From: Nitrosopumilus sp.
GTDB lineage: Archaea; Thermoproteota; Nitrososphaeria; Nitrososphaerales; Nitrosopumilaceae
Direction of reading: 5' to 3'
Assembly (NCBI GenBank): GCA_965206745.1
Contig: OZ242220.1
Location: 1,760,001 to 1,824,000, forward strand
Length of the DNA: 64,000 nt
In this document: positions 9,284-18,484 of the stretch, one piece after another
Layout of the letters: every line of letters starts with the position of its first letter
Position numbering within the stretch: the first letter of the stretch is position 1
Notes under the pieces: model-generated
Seen by the model: the letters and a program-made list of their open reading frames with translations, nothing else
Database searches by the model: none
What the model was told of the DNA's origin: nothing
Made by a program: the position numbers and the translations under genes

Positions 9284-11065
9284 ATGGTTAATCAAAATAA
9301 ACCTCTCAAAGCCCCTTCTCTTACAGATGATTTGATAAAACAGGATTTTGAAGATGTTTTGTATGCTTTTTTTGATCTTGAGGATTTATGTAAAAAAGAT
9401 TCATTACACACTAAGAACTATGTAACGATTAGATTAGCAACCATTATTGAACAGTTTTGTAGAAAAATTGTAGAAAATCAAATCAAACATAAAAAAGGCA
9501 AGATTCCTAAAGAAATTACAATCAAGACTCAAGATTTGGATGAAATCATCAAAGCACATACCAAGTATGTGACAAAAAATATTTCCAACGATGTTCAAAA
9601 TTTAGATAAGATTGGTGAAATAAAACAAATTGTAATTGCTGCATCATATTCATTTCAAAATATAGATGCAATAAAAGATTTGAAAGATTATAAAATTATA
9701 GGAATTTTTGATGATGATAATCTAAAAAAATCGATAGATAAATTAATATCAAAACGTCACGACGTTGTTCACACAGTTATTGACACTGATTATGATGTAC
9801 AAAAAGGATTTAAAGAAACAGAGAAACTAATAAAGATAATTTTATCTAAATCCACTTTTAAAAATGAATCCGTTTTTTACGCTATACGAGGTTATTATAA
9901 ATTAACAAAAGAAAAATATAAAGATGCAATAGAATCGTATGATGAATCAATTAGGATCAAACCTAATTATTTTACATATGTTGGTAAAGGCAATGCACTA
10001 TACCAACTTGAAAGATATGACGATGCAATAGGATCGTATGATGAATCAATTAGGATCAAACCTAATTATTTGGCATATGCTGGCAAAGGCAATGCACTAT
10101 ACCAACTTGAAAGATATGACGATGCAATAGGATCGTATGATGAATCAATTAGGATCAAACCTAATTATTTGGCACATAATGGAAAAGGCGATGCACTATA
10201 CCAACTTGAAAGATATGACGATGCAATAGGATCGTATGATGAATCAATTAATACTGAACCTAATTATTTGGCATATGCTGGCAAAGGCGACGTACTATAC
10301 CAATTTAGAAGATACGATGATGCAATAGGATCGTATGATGAATCAATTAGGATCAAACCTAATTATTTTACATATGTTGGCAAAGGCAATGCACTATACC
10401 TACTTGGAAGATATGACGATGCAATAGGATCGTATGATGAATCAATTAGGATCAAACCTAATTATTTGGCATATAATGGAAAAGGCGATGTACTATACCT
10501 ACTTGGAAGATATGACGATGCAATAGGATCGTATGATGAATCAATTAATACTGAACCTAATTATTTGGCATATAATGGAAAAGGCGATGCACTATACCAA
10601 CTTGGAAGATATGACGATGCAATAGGATCGTATGATGAATCAATTAATACTGAACCTAATTATTTGGCATATAATGGAAAAAGCAATGCACTATACCAAC
10701 TTGGAAGATATGACGATGCAATAGGATCGTATGATGAATCAATTAGGATCAAACCTAATTATTTGGCATATAATGGAAAAGGCGATGTACTATACCTACT
10801 TGGAAGATATGACGATGCAATAGGATCGTATGATGAATCAATTAGGATCAAACCTAATTATTTGGCATATGCTGGCAAAGGCGATGTACTATACCAACTT
10901 GGAAGATACGATGATGCAATAGGATCGTATGATGAATCAATTAATACTGAACCTAATTATTTGGCATATAATGGAAAAGGTGATGCGTTATCTCAACTTG
11001 GTAGGGATGAAGAGGCAAAATATTGTTATGAATCAGTAAATAAATTAAAAACAAAAACTACATAA
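9284..11065 (+). CDS. Putative HEPN-domain plus tetratricopeptide-repeat protein
   Basis: N-terminal ~200 aa helical domain with IRLATIIEQF and KRHDVVH (Rx4H); C-terminal 11 x 33-aa TPR-like repeats. Confidence 0.8.
   Translation: MVNQNKPLKAPSLTDDLIKQDFEDVLYAFFDLEDLCKKDSLHTKNYVTIRLATIIEQFCRKIVENQIKHKKGKIPKEITIKTQDLDEIIKAHTKYVTKNISNDVQNLDKIGEIKQIVIAASYSFQNIDAIKDLKDYKIIGIFDDDNLKKSIDKLISKRHDVVHTVIDTDYDVQKGFKETEKLIKIILSKSTFKNESVFYAIRGYYKLTKEKYKDAIESYDESIRIKPNYFTYVGKGNALYQLERYDDAIGSYDESIRIKPNYLAYAGKGNALYQLERYDDAIGSYDESIRIKPNYLAHNGKGDALYQLERYDDAIGSYDESINTEPNYLAYAGKGDVLYQFRRYDDAIGSYDESIRIKPNYFTYVGKGNALYLLGRYDDAIGSYDESIRIKPNYLAYNGKGDVLYLLGRYDDAIGSYDESINTEPNYLAYNGKGDALYQLGRYDDAIGSYDESINTEPNYLAYNGKSNALYQLGRYDDAIGSYDESIRIKPNYLAYNGKGDVLYLLGRYDDAIGSYDESIRIKPNYLAYAGKGDVLYQLGRYDDAIGSYDESINTEPNYLAYNGKGDALSQLGRDEEAKYCYESVNKLKTKTT
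9920..11009 (+). repeat. 11 tandem 99-bp coding repeats (TPR units)
   Basis: gatgcaataggatcgtatgatgaatcaatt recurs every 99 bp (one substitution in unit 1). Confidence 0.97.
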
Positions 11066-11079
11066 ATATTTTAAATTAT

Positions 11080-11259
11080 TTAAAACAATAATTCCAAATC
11101 TTTGAAATTCTTCAATACTGTGTTTTCTTTTTTGTTGATTTTGTATATAGTTATCAATGATCTTGTTTGACTTACAGTTCCATCCACAAGCCCAAGATCT
11201 GTTAAACCATTGAGAATGATTGTAAGAGTTGCCCTGTTTATCTGTAAAAAATTTAACAT
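11080..11259 (-). pseudogene. Winged-helix regulator fragment (59 aa)
   Basis: Different frame from the listed 11045..11293 ORF: MLNFLQINRATLTIILNGLTDLGLVDGTVSQTRSLITIYKINKKENTVLKNFKDLELLF, resembling the recognition helix and wing of archaeal wHTH proteins. Confidence 0.4.
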
Positions 11260-11387
11260 CTTTGACTCTGGTCATAAACGGTGATCTGATCACTAATCTT
11301 GACTAGAACCGAGTGGATCACTATATTTGACCAAGATCATGGATCAGTTAAATCAAAGTGATGATCCAAACTGACAGTGAATAATAG

Positions 11388-11720
11388 ATGACCTTTCTTC
11401 CAACCCTTCTAAGGACCAACATGAAAAAGATAGTCATAATTCTCATATGTTTGACCATACCAATCCAGATAACCGTGACGTTTGGACTGGTGGTTACTGG
11501 TTCTCCTTTCTGTTATGAGGCAGGGCAGTATAAGTCAGAAGAGGATAAGAAATCTGACAATCCTAATCATGCGGTTCTTTCTGACATAGAAATTAAATGT
11601 ACTTGGGAAATAGATGCTTTATTCAAATTATATTACATTTTACCCTTAACCATTGTAACAATGCCCATAGTGTTGATAGTTTTCTCAATCTATTATGTGA
11701 TAAAGAGAAGAAGAGTTTGA
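11388..11720 (+). CDS. Hypothetical 2-TM membrane protein
   Basis: Two TM segments flanking a loop with two Cys; basic C-terminus. Confidence 0.6.
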   Translation: MTFLPTLLRTNMKKIVIILICLTIPIQITVTFGLVVTGSPFCYEAGQYKSEEDKKSDNPNHAVLSDIEIKCTWEIDALFKLYYILPLTIVTMPIVLIVFSIYYVIKRRRV

Positions 11721-11926
11721 GATTCTTTCCAGTTTTAGTTGATTTCTTCATCATATGTAGGGACATGCAATAACAACACGGTAGAAAGCAACTGGTACGC
11801 TTACAATATTCCTATTTTTCTGTGCATGAATTGATCTATAACATGACATATTCTTCGACGGTCACCTTTGGTTAAAAAAATTAGATCTGAATGATCCATT
11901 AAGGACTAGATTGACTTCCATGGATC

Positions 11927-12172
11927 TTGCACCTTGATTCAGATGCTTTGGAAGAAAAATGGCAGGAAGAATATCAGAAATTAGACAGAGCTTATTACAG
12001 ACTTCGTGCTTACTATAATCGTAATAGGAAATGTAAATGTCGTCATATTAACGAGTGTGATCATTTTGATGTCGTGCTTCAAAAAGTACTAGGGGATAAA
12101 GCACGGAAATTACGTCAATCTGGATTTGATATTAATTTTAGAAAATATTACGAGATAATGAAATCAGATTAA
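11927..12172 (+). CDS. Hypothetical protein with CxCxHxxxCxH motif
   Basis: RKCKCRHINECDHF. Confidence 0.5.
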   Translation: MHLDSDALEEKWQEEYQKLDRAYYRLRAYYNRNRKCKCRHINECDHFDVVLQKVLGDKARKLRQSGFDINFRKYYEIMKSD

Positions 12173-12720
12173 ATTTCCAAGAATTTCCCGGATTTTCTTT
12201 ACATCGTATTTGTCTTTGAATCTTTTGAAATTTTCATTTAATTTCACAATATTATAAGTTGCTACAGGAATAGATGGGTTACTTGTAAAATCTCTTACTG
12301 ATTCTTGTAATTTCTTTTTTGTTATTACACAAACAGCTGATGGCATAGATGAAAGCGGTTTGAATCGGAATTCCTCAAGTACTTGTTGATCCTGCTTCTT
12401 ATCCACGGATGGCCGCCATGTATTAGTCCTAAAGGAATATGCATCGTAACCATACCAATGTAATGTCAGAGAATTCGCTACACCATTTGTAGATTTTTCT
12501 ATGCAAGAAGCCAGTCGTAAGATTTTGTCTTGAGATCGCCCTCGAAGTAATGATAATTTAAGAGAACTGTTTGTATTTTTTTTATTTGGTGTCCTTCCAA
12601 AAAAGGATATTGCTTTATTGCACTGTAAAATATAGTGGTGTTTTCACTCACCTGTAAAGTTCGTGTGCTTTCAGTTCTATCTAGGTAGTTACTACCATCG
12701 GGTCTTATTTCTATCACAAA
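12164..12720 (-). pseudogene. Disrupted hypothetical gene abutting the tRNA-Lys 3' end
   Basis: The 12164..12406 frame stays open upstream to about 12645 with no ATG and overlaps a second open frame (12499-12720), consistent with a frameshifted remnant. Confidence 0.35.
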
Positions 12721-12728
12721 AAAGGAAG

Positions 12729-12802
12729 CGGGTCTAAAGGGATTCGGACCCTTGACAACCGGATTAAGAGTCCGGTGCGCTACCTGGCTGCGCCATAGAC
12801 CC
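12729..12802 (-). tRNA. tRNA-Lys(CTT)
   Basis: GGGTCTA...CCGGA CT CTT AA TCCGG...AAGGG TCCGAAT CCCTT TAGACCCG. Confidence 0.93.
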
Positions 12803-12867
12803 ACCAAAGTAATTAGGCTCAGAGTTGTTATTAATCTTGAGATTTTAAAATGATTGAAAATTCAGTT

Positions 12868-13467
12868 TTATGCCTTTGCTTCAATCTCGTTGTATTTTTC
12901 AATGATTGCAGTAAGTGCAGTTGAGACAGGTACGTCGTTCATCTTTTTCTTTTCTGCCAAGAGCTTTTGGTATGCATCCAGTGTAATGTATACCGGAATC
13001 GAGCCGTTTCCTTCAAGTAGCCCCCTGACATTATACAGGGCAGTCTCCATTCCCTTTTCGGCAGACTTGGCAAACTTTGCCTTGTCCAGTATTGCGCCTA
13101 GCGGGCCAAACGGCATGTCATAGTCGACTGACATGGTCACCCTGGTAAGATTATTGCCTAGTGCCTTAAACTCGTTGATTATCTGCCAGTTCTTGAAGGG
13201 ACCTTCAATCTGCTTGGCAGTGATCCTCTCATTTTTGATAAACTCTGTTGTCTCACAATCCCACTCTAGGCGTTTTCCGCTAAAGTCACCGATAATTCTA
13301 AAGGTTGTTCCAACGCCCATTCCTTCCTTTATATCCATAGGAACGACTGTCATGCCTACGGTGTCGTTTTTGATCTGATCAGAGACGTGCTCTGGTCTTG
13401 CAAAGTAGGTAAAGACATTCTCTACGGGTGTCTTTATGTCGATTGATTTTGTAACGAGGGTCAACAT
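12868..13467 (-). CDS. SRPBCC (START/polyketide cyclase-like) family protein
   Basis: SIDIKTPVENVFTY, EGPFKNW, TRVTMSVDY.PFGPLG. Confidence 0.85.
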   Translation of the reverse strand: MLTLVTKSIDIKTPVENVFTYFARPEHVSDQIKNDTVGMTVVPMDIKEGMGVGTTFRIIGDFSGKRLEWDCETTEFIKNERITAKQIEGPFKNWQIINEFKALGNNLTRVTMSVDYDMPFGPLGAILDKAKFAKSAEKGMETALYNVRGLLEGNGSIPVYITLDAYQKLLAEKKKMNDVPVSTALTAIIEKYNEIEAKA

Positions 13468-13561
13468 TTGGGTTTCTTGGCAATAAGGATTTAAAGGTTT
13501 TGAAGATTTTTACGCAAGAATTGATTTACAATATATTCACCGAGTTTGCACGTTATCTTAA

Positions 13562-14080
13562 ATGATTAAAAGGCGATCAGTTCTGTTGGTACTGGTTTTG
13601 GCCCTCTCTGCATCAGGTGCCGGCTCGGCATACGCGCATTCCATGTTCAACTCCGCTGAGCAGTCATACGGCGGGTACAGGGTCCAGGTGGCAACGGCAC
13701 CGGAATTCCCACAGATCGACGAGCCGTCCCAGTTTCTAGTCAAGGTAACGGAGGGATTTGACTATGACGAGGTGGACAGTTTTACGATGGGGATCAGGGT
13801 GTACTATAACGGGCAGCAAGTCGATGCGATCCCGCCTACACTGATAGAGGGAGCACACTGGGACTTTGACTATACTTGGAGAAACATAGGGAATCATGTA
13901 GTCAAGGTGGACTTGTATAATGCCGATGAGGCAGGTGATGTTCTGACCTATACGTTTAACATGGGAACGCAGAGCCCATTTGGGATACTGTTTATAGGTG
14001 CGATCACTACTGGTGCCCTGGTAATGACGGGAGTAATGCTGTATATTTACCTGCCAAGGGTCTTTAAGAGATCTAAGTGA
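13562..14080 (+). CDS. Secreted, membrane-anchored protein with His at mature position 1
   Basis: Signal peptide SAYA|HSMFNS; C-terminal TM. Confidence 0.75.
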   Translation: MIKRRSVLLVLVLALSASGAGSAYAHSMFNSAEQSYGGYRVQVATAPEFPQIDEPSQFLVKVTEGFDYDEVDSFTMGIRVYYNGQQVDAIPPTLIEGAHWDFDYTWRNIGNHVVKVDLYNADEAGDVLTYTFNMGTQSPFGILFIGAITTGALVMTGVMLYIYLPRVFKRSK

Positions 14081-14516
14081 TCGAAGGCTTTGGGGATCTT
14101 GCGATCCTAAATGCAAACAGGGTGGTCAGCAGAACCATGGCAAACAGCCAGATTCCTATTCCCAGGTGAACTGCAACTAGTACTGCGTGAAGCTGCGTGT
14201 CAATTACCAGTGCGCCCAGCGTAATCTGGGTGATCACCAGTATAGTCGCAGTCACGCTTGTAACCTTGATTTTAAAGTCAGAGTTCCTGTTGATCAGGCT
14301 TGCAACCATGGTTGCAATCACCAGTGCTCCTGTCGTTGCAGCAACGGTCCTGTGAATCCACTCGATGAGGTACTCCTCAGAGGGCATCACCCCGTTGGGG
14401 CACAGGGGCCATTCGGGGCAGGTCAGTCCGAGTCCGGCAGCTGAGATATATCCGCCAATGAACATCAGCGAGTACAGGACAACCAGTGTCGTTAGGGCAA
14501 GGTATTGGATTGCCAA
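14073..14516 (-). CDS. ctaA: Heme A synthase (CtaA/COX15, short archaeal form)
   Basis: GLTCPEWPLCPNG, EWIHR, VHL. Confidence 0.9.
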   Translation of the reverse strand: MAIQYLALTTLVVLYSLMFIGGYISAAGLGLTCPEWPLCPNGVMPSEEYLIEWIHRTVAATTGALVIATMVASLINRNSDFKIKVTSVTATILVITQITLGALVIDTQLHAVLVAVHLGIGIWLFAMVLLTTLFAFRIARSPKPSIT

Positions 14517-14518
14517 AA

Positions 14519-15481
14519 TTATTCTACGATAAAGTTGCCTTGCATGCCCAGAAATGCGTGGCCTGGAACGGTACAGACGTAATAGTAATTTCCTGGCGCG
14601 CCGGCAGTAAATGTGACACTCTCGCTCTGACCGGCAGCCAGTGAGTTGGATACGGATCCGATTGCCGAGTCCATGACTATGCTGTTGACGTCCTCAGGAT
14701 TTGAGACGACTCCAAAGGCATGGGGGGATCTGCCGGCATTGTTTACAGTTACAGTTACAGTATCCCCAGAGTTTACACGGATCTCAGGATTGTTTCCCTC
14801 CTCGCCAGATAAGGCATTAAACGCATAAGAACTAAAATCTTCAGCTTCTACAAAGTCCAAGGCCAGATCGTGTGATACGCCCGTCGGGGCGGCTGCCACT
14901 GCCGGTGAGCCGTCTGACGGGGTGATGATGATCTCCCCGACCATTCCCTGCTCCCTGTGGCCTGGAACCGTACAGATGTAATAGTAGGTTCCCTCCTCGC
15001 CTGCGATAAACTCAGATGAGCCGCCTTTGCCCGATGTCAGCGGGTTTGTTGCCAGTCCAATCTCACTTCCAGGTACGATACCGGCAAAGCCTTCATCATT
15101 TTTGGTCACACCAAAGGCATGCACGCCTATACCGCCATTATCAACATTGAAGGCTATCTTGTCACCGACACTCATCTGGATTGTCGGATTGCCCCCCTCC
15201 TCTCCAGGCAGGGCGTTAAACCCCAAAATTCTCAGGTCCGATGACTCTACAAACGTAAGATCCTGCGTTATGGTCTTGCCAGTCTGCGTTCCCACCTTGT
15301 GATCGACTTTGCCTGCCATCATTGCTACAACGGGGGCAGGTTCGGATATCCAATAGTCCCACAGTGAGAAGAATATTCCCCCGCCGACTATGCAGATGCC
15401 CAACATGATGATCATCATCTTTCCGGTCCTTTCCGTAGTCGTTCTGTAAACTTGGGTATTATCGTGACTCATCTCATGCAT
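14519..15481 (-). CDS. Membrane-anchored tandem cupredoxin (plastocyanin/azurin-like) blue copper protein
   Basis: Two copies of HAFGV...YYYxCTVPGHxxxGMxG. Confidence 0.9.
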   Translation of the reverse strand: MHEMSHDNTQVYRTTTERTGKMMIIMLGICIVGGGIFFSLWDYWISEPAPVVAMMAGKVDHKVGTQTGKTITQDLTFVESSDLRILGFNALPGEEGGNPTIQMSVGDKIAFNVDNGGIGVHAFGVTKNDEGFAGIVPGSEIGLATNPLTSGKGGSSEFIAGEEGTYYYICTVPGHREQGMVGEIIITPSDGSPAVAAAPTGVSHDLALDFVEAEDFSSYAFNALSGEEGNNPEIRVNSGDTVTVTVNNAGRSPHAFGVVSNPEDVNSIVMDSAIGSVSNSLAAGQSESVTFTAGAPGNYYYVCTVPGHAFLGMQGNFIVE

Positions 15482-15484
15482 CTC

Positions 15485-17011
15485 CTAATGTGACGGATTC
15501 TTTGCCTCAAATGGGTAATAGTACTTGCCGCCGACTCCGAATGGATCCTCGGTATTTGCAAGCGGTCCCTTTCCTGAACTGTGAATCATGTTTGCTAAGA
15601 AGATTGCCATACTGACACCTATAATCATTGCGCCAACTGATGCAATCTGGTTCATGGCAATCCATTCGGGGATTGGCGGATAATCAAATATTCTTCTTGG
15701 CATTCCGTACAGTCCAAGCACGTGCTGCGTGAAGAAGACCAGCACGGTTCCTACAAATGACATTATAAAGTGGATCTTGCCCATGGTCTCATTGTACATT
15801 CTTCCCGTCACATACGGGAACATGTAGTAGAGGAAGCCGATCGAGCCAAATGCGATGGTACCCATCACAAAGAGGTGAAAGTGTCCGACCACCCAGTACG
15901 TGTCGTGGGTAGTAAAGTCAAGCGGCATGGCAGCGTTTGCAACGCCGCCTGCACCTGCAGAGAAGAACAGTGCGATTCCGCCGACTGCCCACATCATTGG
16001 GGTTGAGAACTTTATTCTGCCGTTCCACATTGTTGCAACAAAGTTAAAGACGTGCATCGCAGATGCTGGAACTGCTGCAAGGGTTCCGACCATGAAGACG
16101 GTCTTTTCAGTAAATGACATTCCGGTTGCATACATGTGATGTGCCCATGATGAAAAGCCGACGATAGATAGCAGGACAAAGGCAAAGACTCCGGAATTGT
16201 AACTGTAGATTGGCTTTCTTGAGAATCTTGGAATAATCTCATACATCATGCCGATTGCAGGAATTACCAGCACATACACTTCAGGATGGAACGTAAACCA
16301 GAACAGGTGCGCATATGCTATAGGATCCCCGCCCATTGCGGGATTGAAGAATCCGCTGACTCCGAGCCTGTCAGTTAGCAGCATGAGAAGGGCTGCGGCA
16401 AATGTTGGAATTGCAACAAGAATGATTAGTGATGAGGACAGAAAGGACCATGCCAGCAACGGAACCTGGCCAATTGACATGTCAGGATGCTTGCATTTGA
16501 GGATTGTAACTACAAAGTTGATTGCGCCCAGTACCGATGAGATGCCCAGTATCTTTAGTCCGAATATCCACATGTCTGCTGCAGGACCGGGGGCGCTGAT
16601 GATGGAATACGGCGGCGTTGCATACCAGGTAAAGTCTGCAAAGCCCAGCCAGATAAGTGCCCCTGCAGGAGGAATCATCCAGAACGCAATTGCGTTGAGT
16701 TTCGGATATGCCATGTCCTTGTATCTTACCATGATTGGGACATAGTAGTTGCCTACTGCAGATGCAAAGGGAATGATGAACAAAAAGATCAGCGTCGTGC
16801 CGTGAACTGTAAATATTCGATTGAATGTCATCGCATCGCCGATGATCTGCGCGCCAGGCAGGAACAGTTCTGCCCTGATTGCAAGGGCCAGTGATCCGCC
16901 CAGGAACAGGAATGCAAGCGATGAGATAAGATAGAGCAGCCCAACATCAGTGTGATGTGTTGAGAACATTATTTGCCAGATTGGACGTGGCTTTTGTAAT
17001 TCTAGAACCAT
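15485..17011 (-). CDS. coxA: Heme-copper oxidase subunit I
   Basis: WFTFHPEVY, WAHHM, VGHFH. Confidence 0.97.
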   Translation of the reverse strand: MVLELQKPRPIWQIMFSTHHTDVGLLYLISSLAFLFLGGSLALAIRAELFLPGAQIIGDAMTFNRIFTVHGTTLIFLFIIPFASAVGNYYVPIMVRYKDMAYPKLNAIAFWMIPPAGALIWLGFADFTWYATPPYSIISAPGPAADMWIFGLKILGISSVLGAINFVVTILKCKHPDMSIGQVPLLAWSFLSSSLIILVAIPTFAAALLMLLTDRLGVSGFFNPAMGGDPIAYAHLFWFTFHPEVYVLVIPAIGMMYEIIPRFSRKPIYSYNSGVFAFVLLSIVGFSSWAHHMYATGMSFTEKTVFMVGTLAAVPASAMHVFNFVATMWNGRIKFSTPMMWAVGGIALFFSAGAGGVANAAMPLDFTTHDTYWVVGHFHLFVMGTIAFGSIGFLYYMFPYVTGRMYNETMGKIHFIMSFVGTVLVFFTQHVLGLYGMPRRIFDYPPIPEWIAMNQIASVGAMIIGVSMAIFLANMIHSSGKGPLANTEDPFGVGGKYYYPFEAKNPSH

Positions 17012-17060
17012 AAGACAGTCTCCTCAGAGTTGAGCATTGGTAGTTGTGATAAAAGCGTTG

Positions 17061-17492
17061 TCAAGCCGCCGGATCCTCCACGATCAGAGTTCCACGCATG
17101 TTGTAGTGAATCAGTCCGCAGTATTCCCTGCATTGAATGTCATGGGTTCCTGCCTCAGTCGGAGCAAACCACACGGTGTTTACTCTGCCAGGGATTGCAT
17201 CCATCAGGACAACGTAATCGTGAATGTTAAAGGAGTGATTGACGTCTGTGGACATTATCTCAAATTTGTAAGCCTTGCCGACCTCAACATGCAGTTCCCC
17301 AATCTCCTTGGTGCCGTCTTCATGCTCAAAGGTCCAGAACCACTGCTGGCCTGTCACCTTGATTATCTCGGCACCTTCGGGAACATGCTCGACTAGTCTT
17401 TCTGCCTCCCATGCTTCAGCACCCACCCAGACCATCAAGGCCACTACAACGCCGATGTAAATCCATTCAGGCCAGTTGGAGTGCCCGCCCAT
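17061..17492 (-). CDS. coxB: Heme-copper oxidase subunit II (CuA)
   Basis: GQQWFW, DVNHSF, CREYCGLIHYNM. Confidence 0.95.
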   Translation of the reverse strand: MGGHSNWPEWIYIGVVVALMVWVGAEAWEAERLVEHVPEGAEIIKVTGQQWFWTFEHEDGTKEIGELHVEVGKAYKFEIMSTDVNHSFNIHDYVVLMDAIPGRVNTVWFAPTEAGTHDIQCREYCGLIHYNMRGTLIVEDPAA

Positions 17493-17494
17493 TA

Positions 17495-17755
17495 TTACCA
17501 GTCCGTTCCCTCATAAGGCGTTGGTTTTGCCTTGGGATGAGACTCTCTGAACCTCCAGCACTGCCAAATGATGGTTCCAGATACGACTGCACCCACAGTA
17601 AATCCAACTGTCATCAATCTATAGAATAAATTCCAGATAACCACCCTTCGATCGAGATACTCCCCTGGTTCATCGCCTGCAGCAAATGCCAAATCCACAG
17701 CTGGAATTACCATCAAGACTGCCAATACCAAGAATAATCCGACGAATTTCTTCAT
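17495..17755 (-). CDS. Small oxidase-operon membrane protein resembling the N-terminal TM part of subunit II
   Basis: Signal peptide plus TM ending WRFRE; 2 bp upstream of coxB. Confidence 0.7.
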   Translation of the reverse strand: MKKFVGLFLVLAVLMVIPAVDLAFAAGDEPGEYLDRRVVIWNLFYRLMTVGFTVGAVVSGTIIWQCWRFRESHPKAKPTPYEGTDW

Positions 17756-17813
17756 AGTGATTGAATGACGTGGTTTGTAATTTCTATTTAAGGGTTTTCA
17801 AGATTATCGGCCA

Positions 17814-18434
17814 TCAGCCCTGATCGAATCGGGAGGGATGCATCAGGTTCAGTGCCGACAGGGAGAACTTTAGATCCTTCTCCCTGAAGACGTTAAGGGA
17901 CGCATTTGCAATGACTAGCTCAAAGAGGTTGGCAGGGGACAGGTCCACGACAGTTGAGAGCATGGCCTTTATGGGATCCATATGAGTGACAAGGACCACG
18001 TTCTCACCGGGGTGGGTCTTGAGGATGTCATCCACGATTCCCAGTACCCGTTTTTTGACCTGATCAAAAGTCTCCACCCCGTTGTGGGCAATCTCCAGCT
18101 CACCGTTGTAGAACTTCATAAAGACATTGCCATGGGTGGTAAAAATCCCGTCATATCGCATTCCAGTAAACTTTCCCATGTCCAACTCGATTAGGCGCTC
18201 ATCAACTGTAACATTAATCGAGTTGTGCTTGCCTACAATCTCTGCAGTGTGCTTTGCCCTCTGGATTGGACTGGAGTAGATTGCAGAAATGTTCATGTGC
18301 TCGAGCAGTTCTGCAGTATGCTCTGCCTGCTTGATTCCAAGATCTGTCAATGGGACTCCCGGTGTTCTTCCCGTCAGAATTCCCTGGGTATTGTTTGTTG
18401 CCTGGCCGTGTCTGAGGAAGATTATCTGTCCCAA
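17814..18434 (-). CDS. Histidine phosphatase (phosphoglycerate mutase family)
   Basis: LRHG, SSPIQRA, LVTH. Confidence 0.9.
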   Translation of the reverse strand: MGQIIFLRHGQATNNTQGILTGRTPGVPLTDLGIKQAEHTAELLEHMNISAIYSSPIQRAKHTAEIVGKHNSINVTVDERLIELDMGKFTGMRYDGIFTTHGNVFMKFYNGELEIAHNGVETFDQVKKRVLGIVDDILKTHPGENVVLVTHMDPIKAMLSTVVDLSPANLFELVIANASLNVFREKDLKFSLSALNLMHPSRFDQG

Positions 18435-18484
18435 ATTGATCGCTGTTCAAATAGAGATAATAATAACATTGTCAGGGAGATAGC

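Noticed and set aside
9920-11009. 99-bp repeat array as a CRISPR array or DGR target
   Set aside because: In-frame coding repeats with no unique spacers, no cas or RT gene in the window, and variation not adenine-specific.
11045-11293. 82-aa ORF in the track
   Set aside because: No recognisable motif; the alternative frame 11080-11259 looks more protein-like (wHTH).
12499-12807. 102-aa ORF on the minus strand
   Set aside because: Its first part is a translation of tRNA-Lys; only the 3' part may belong to a pseudogene.
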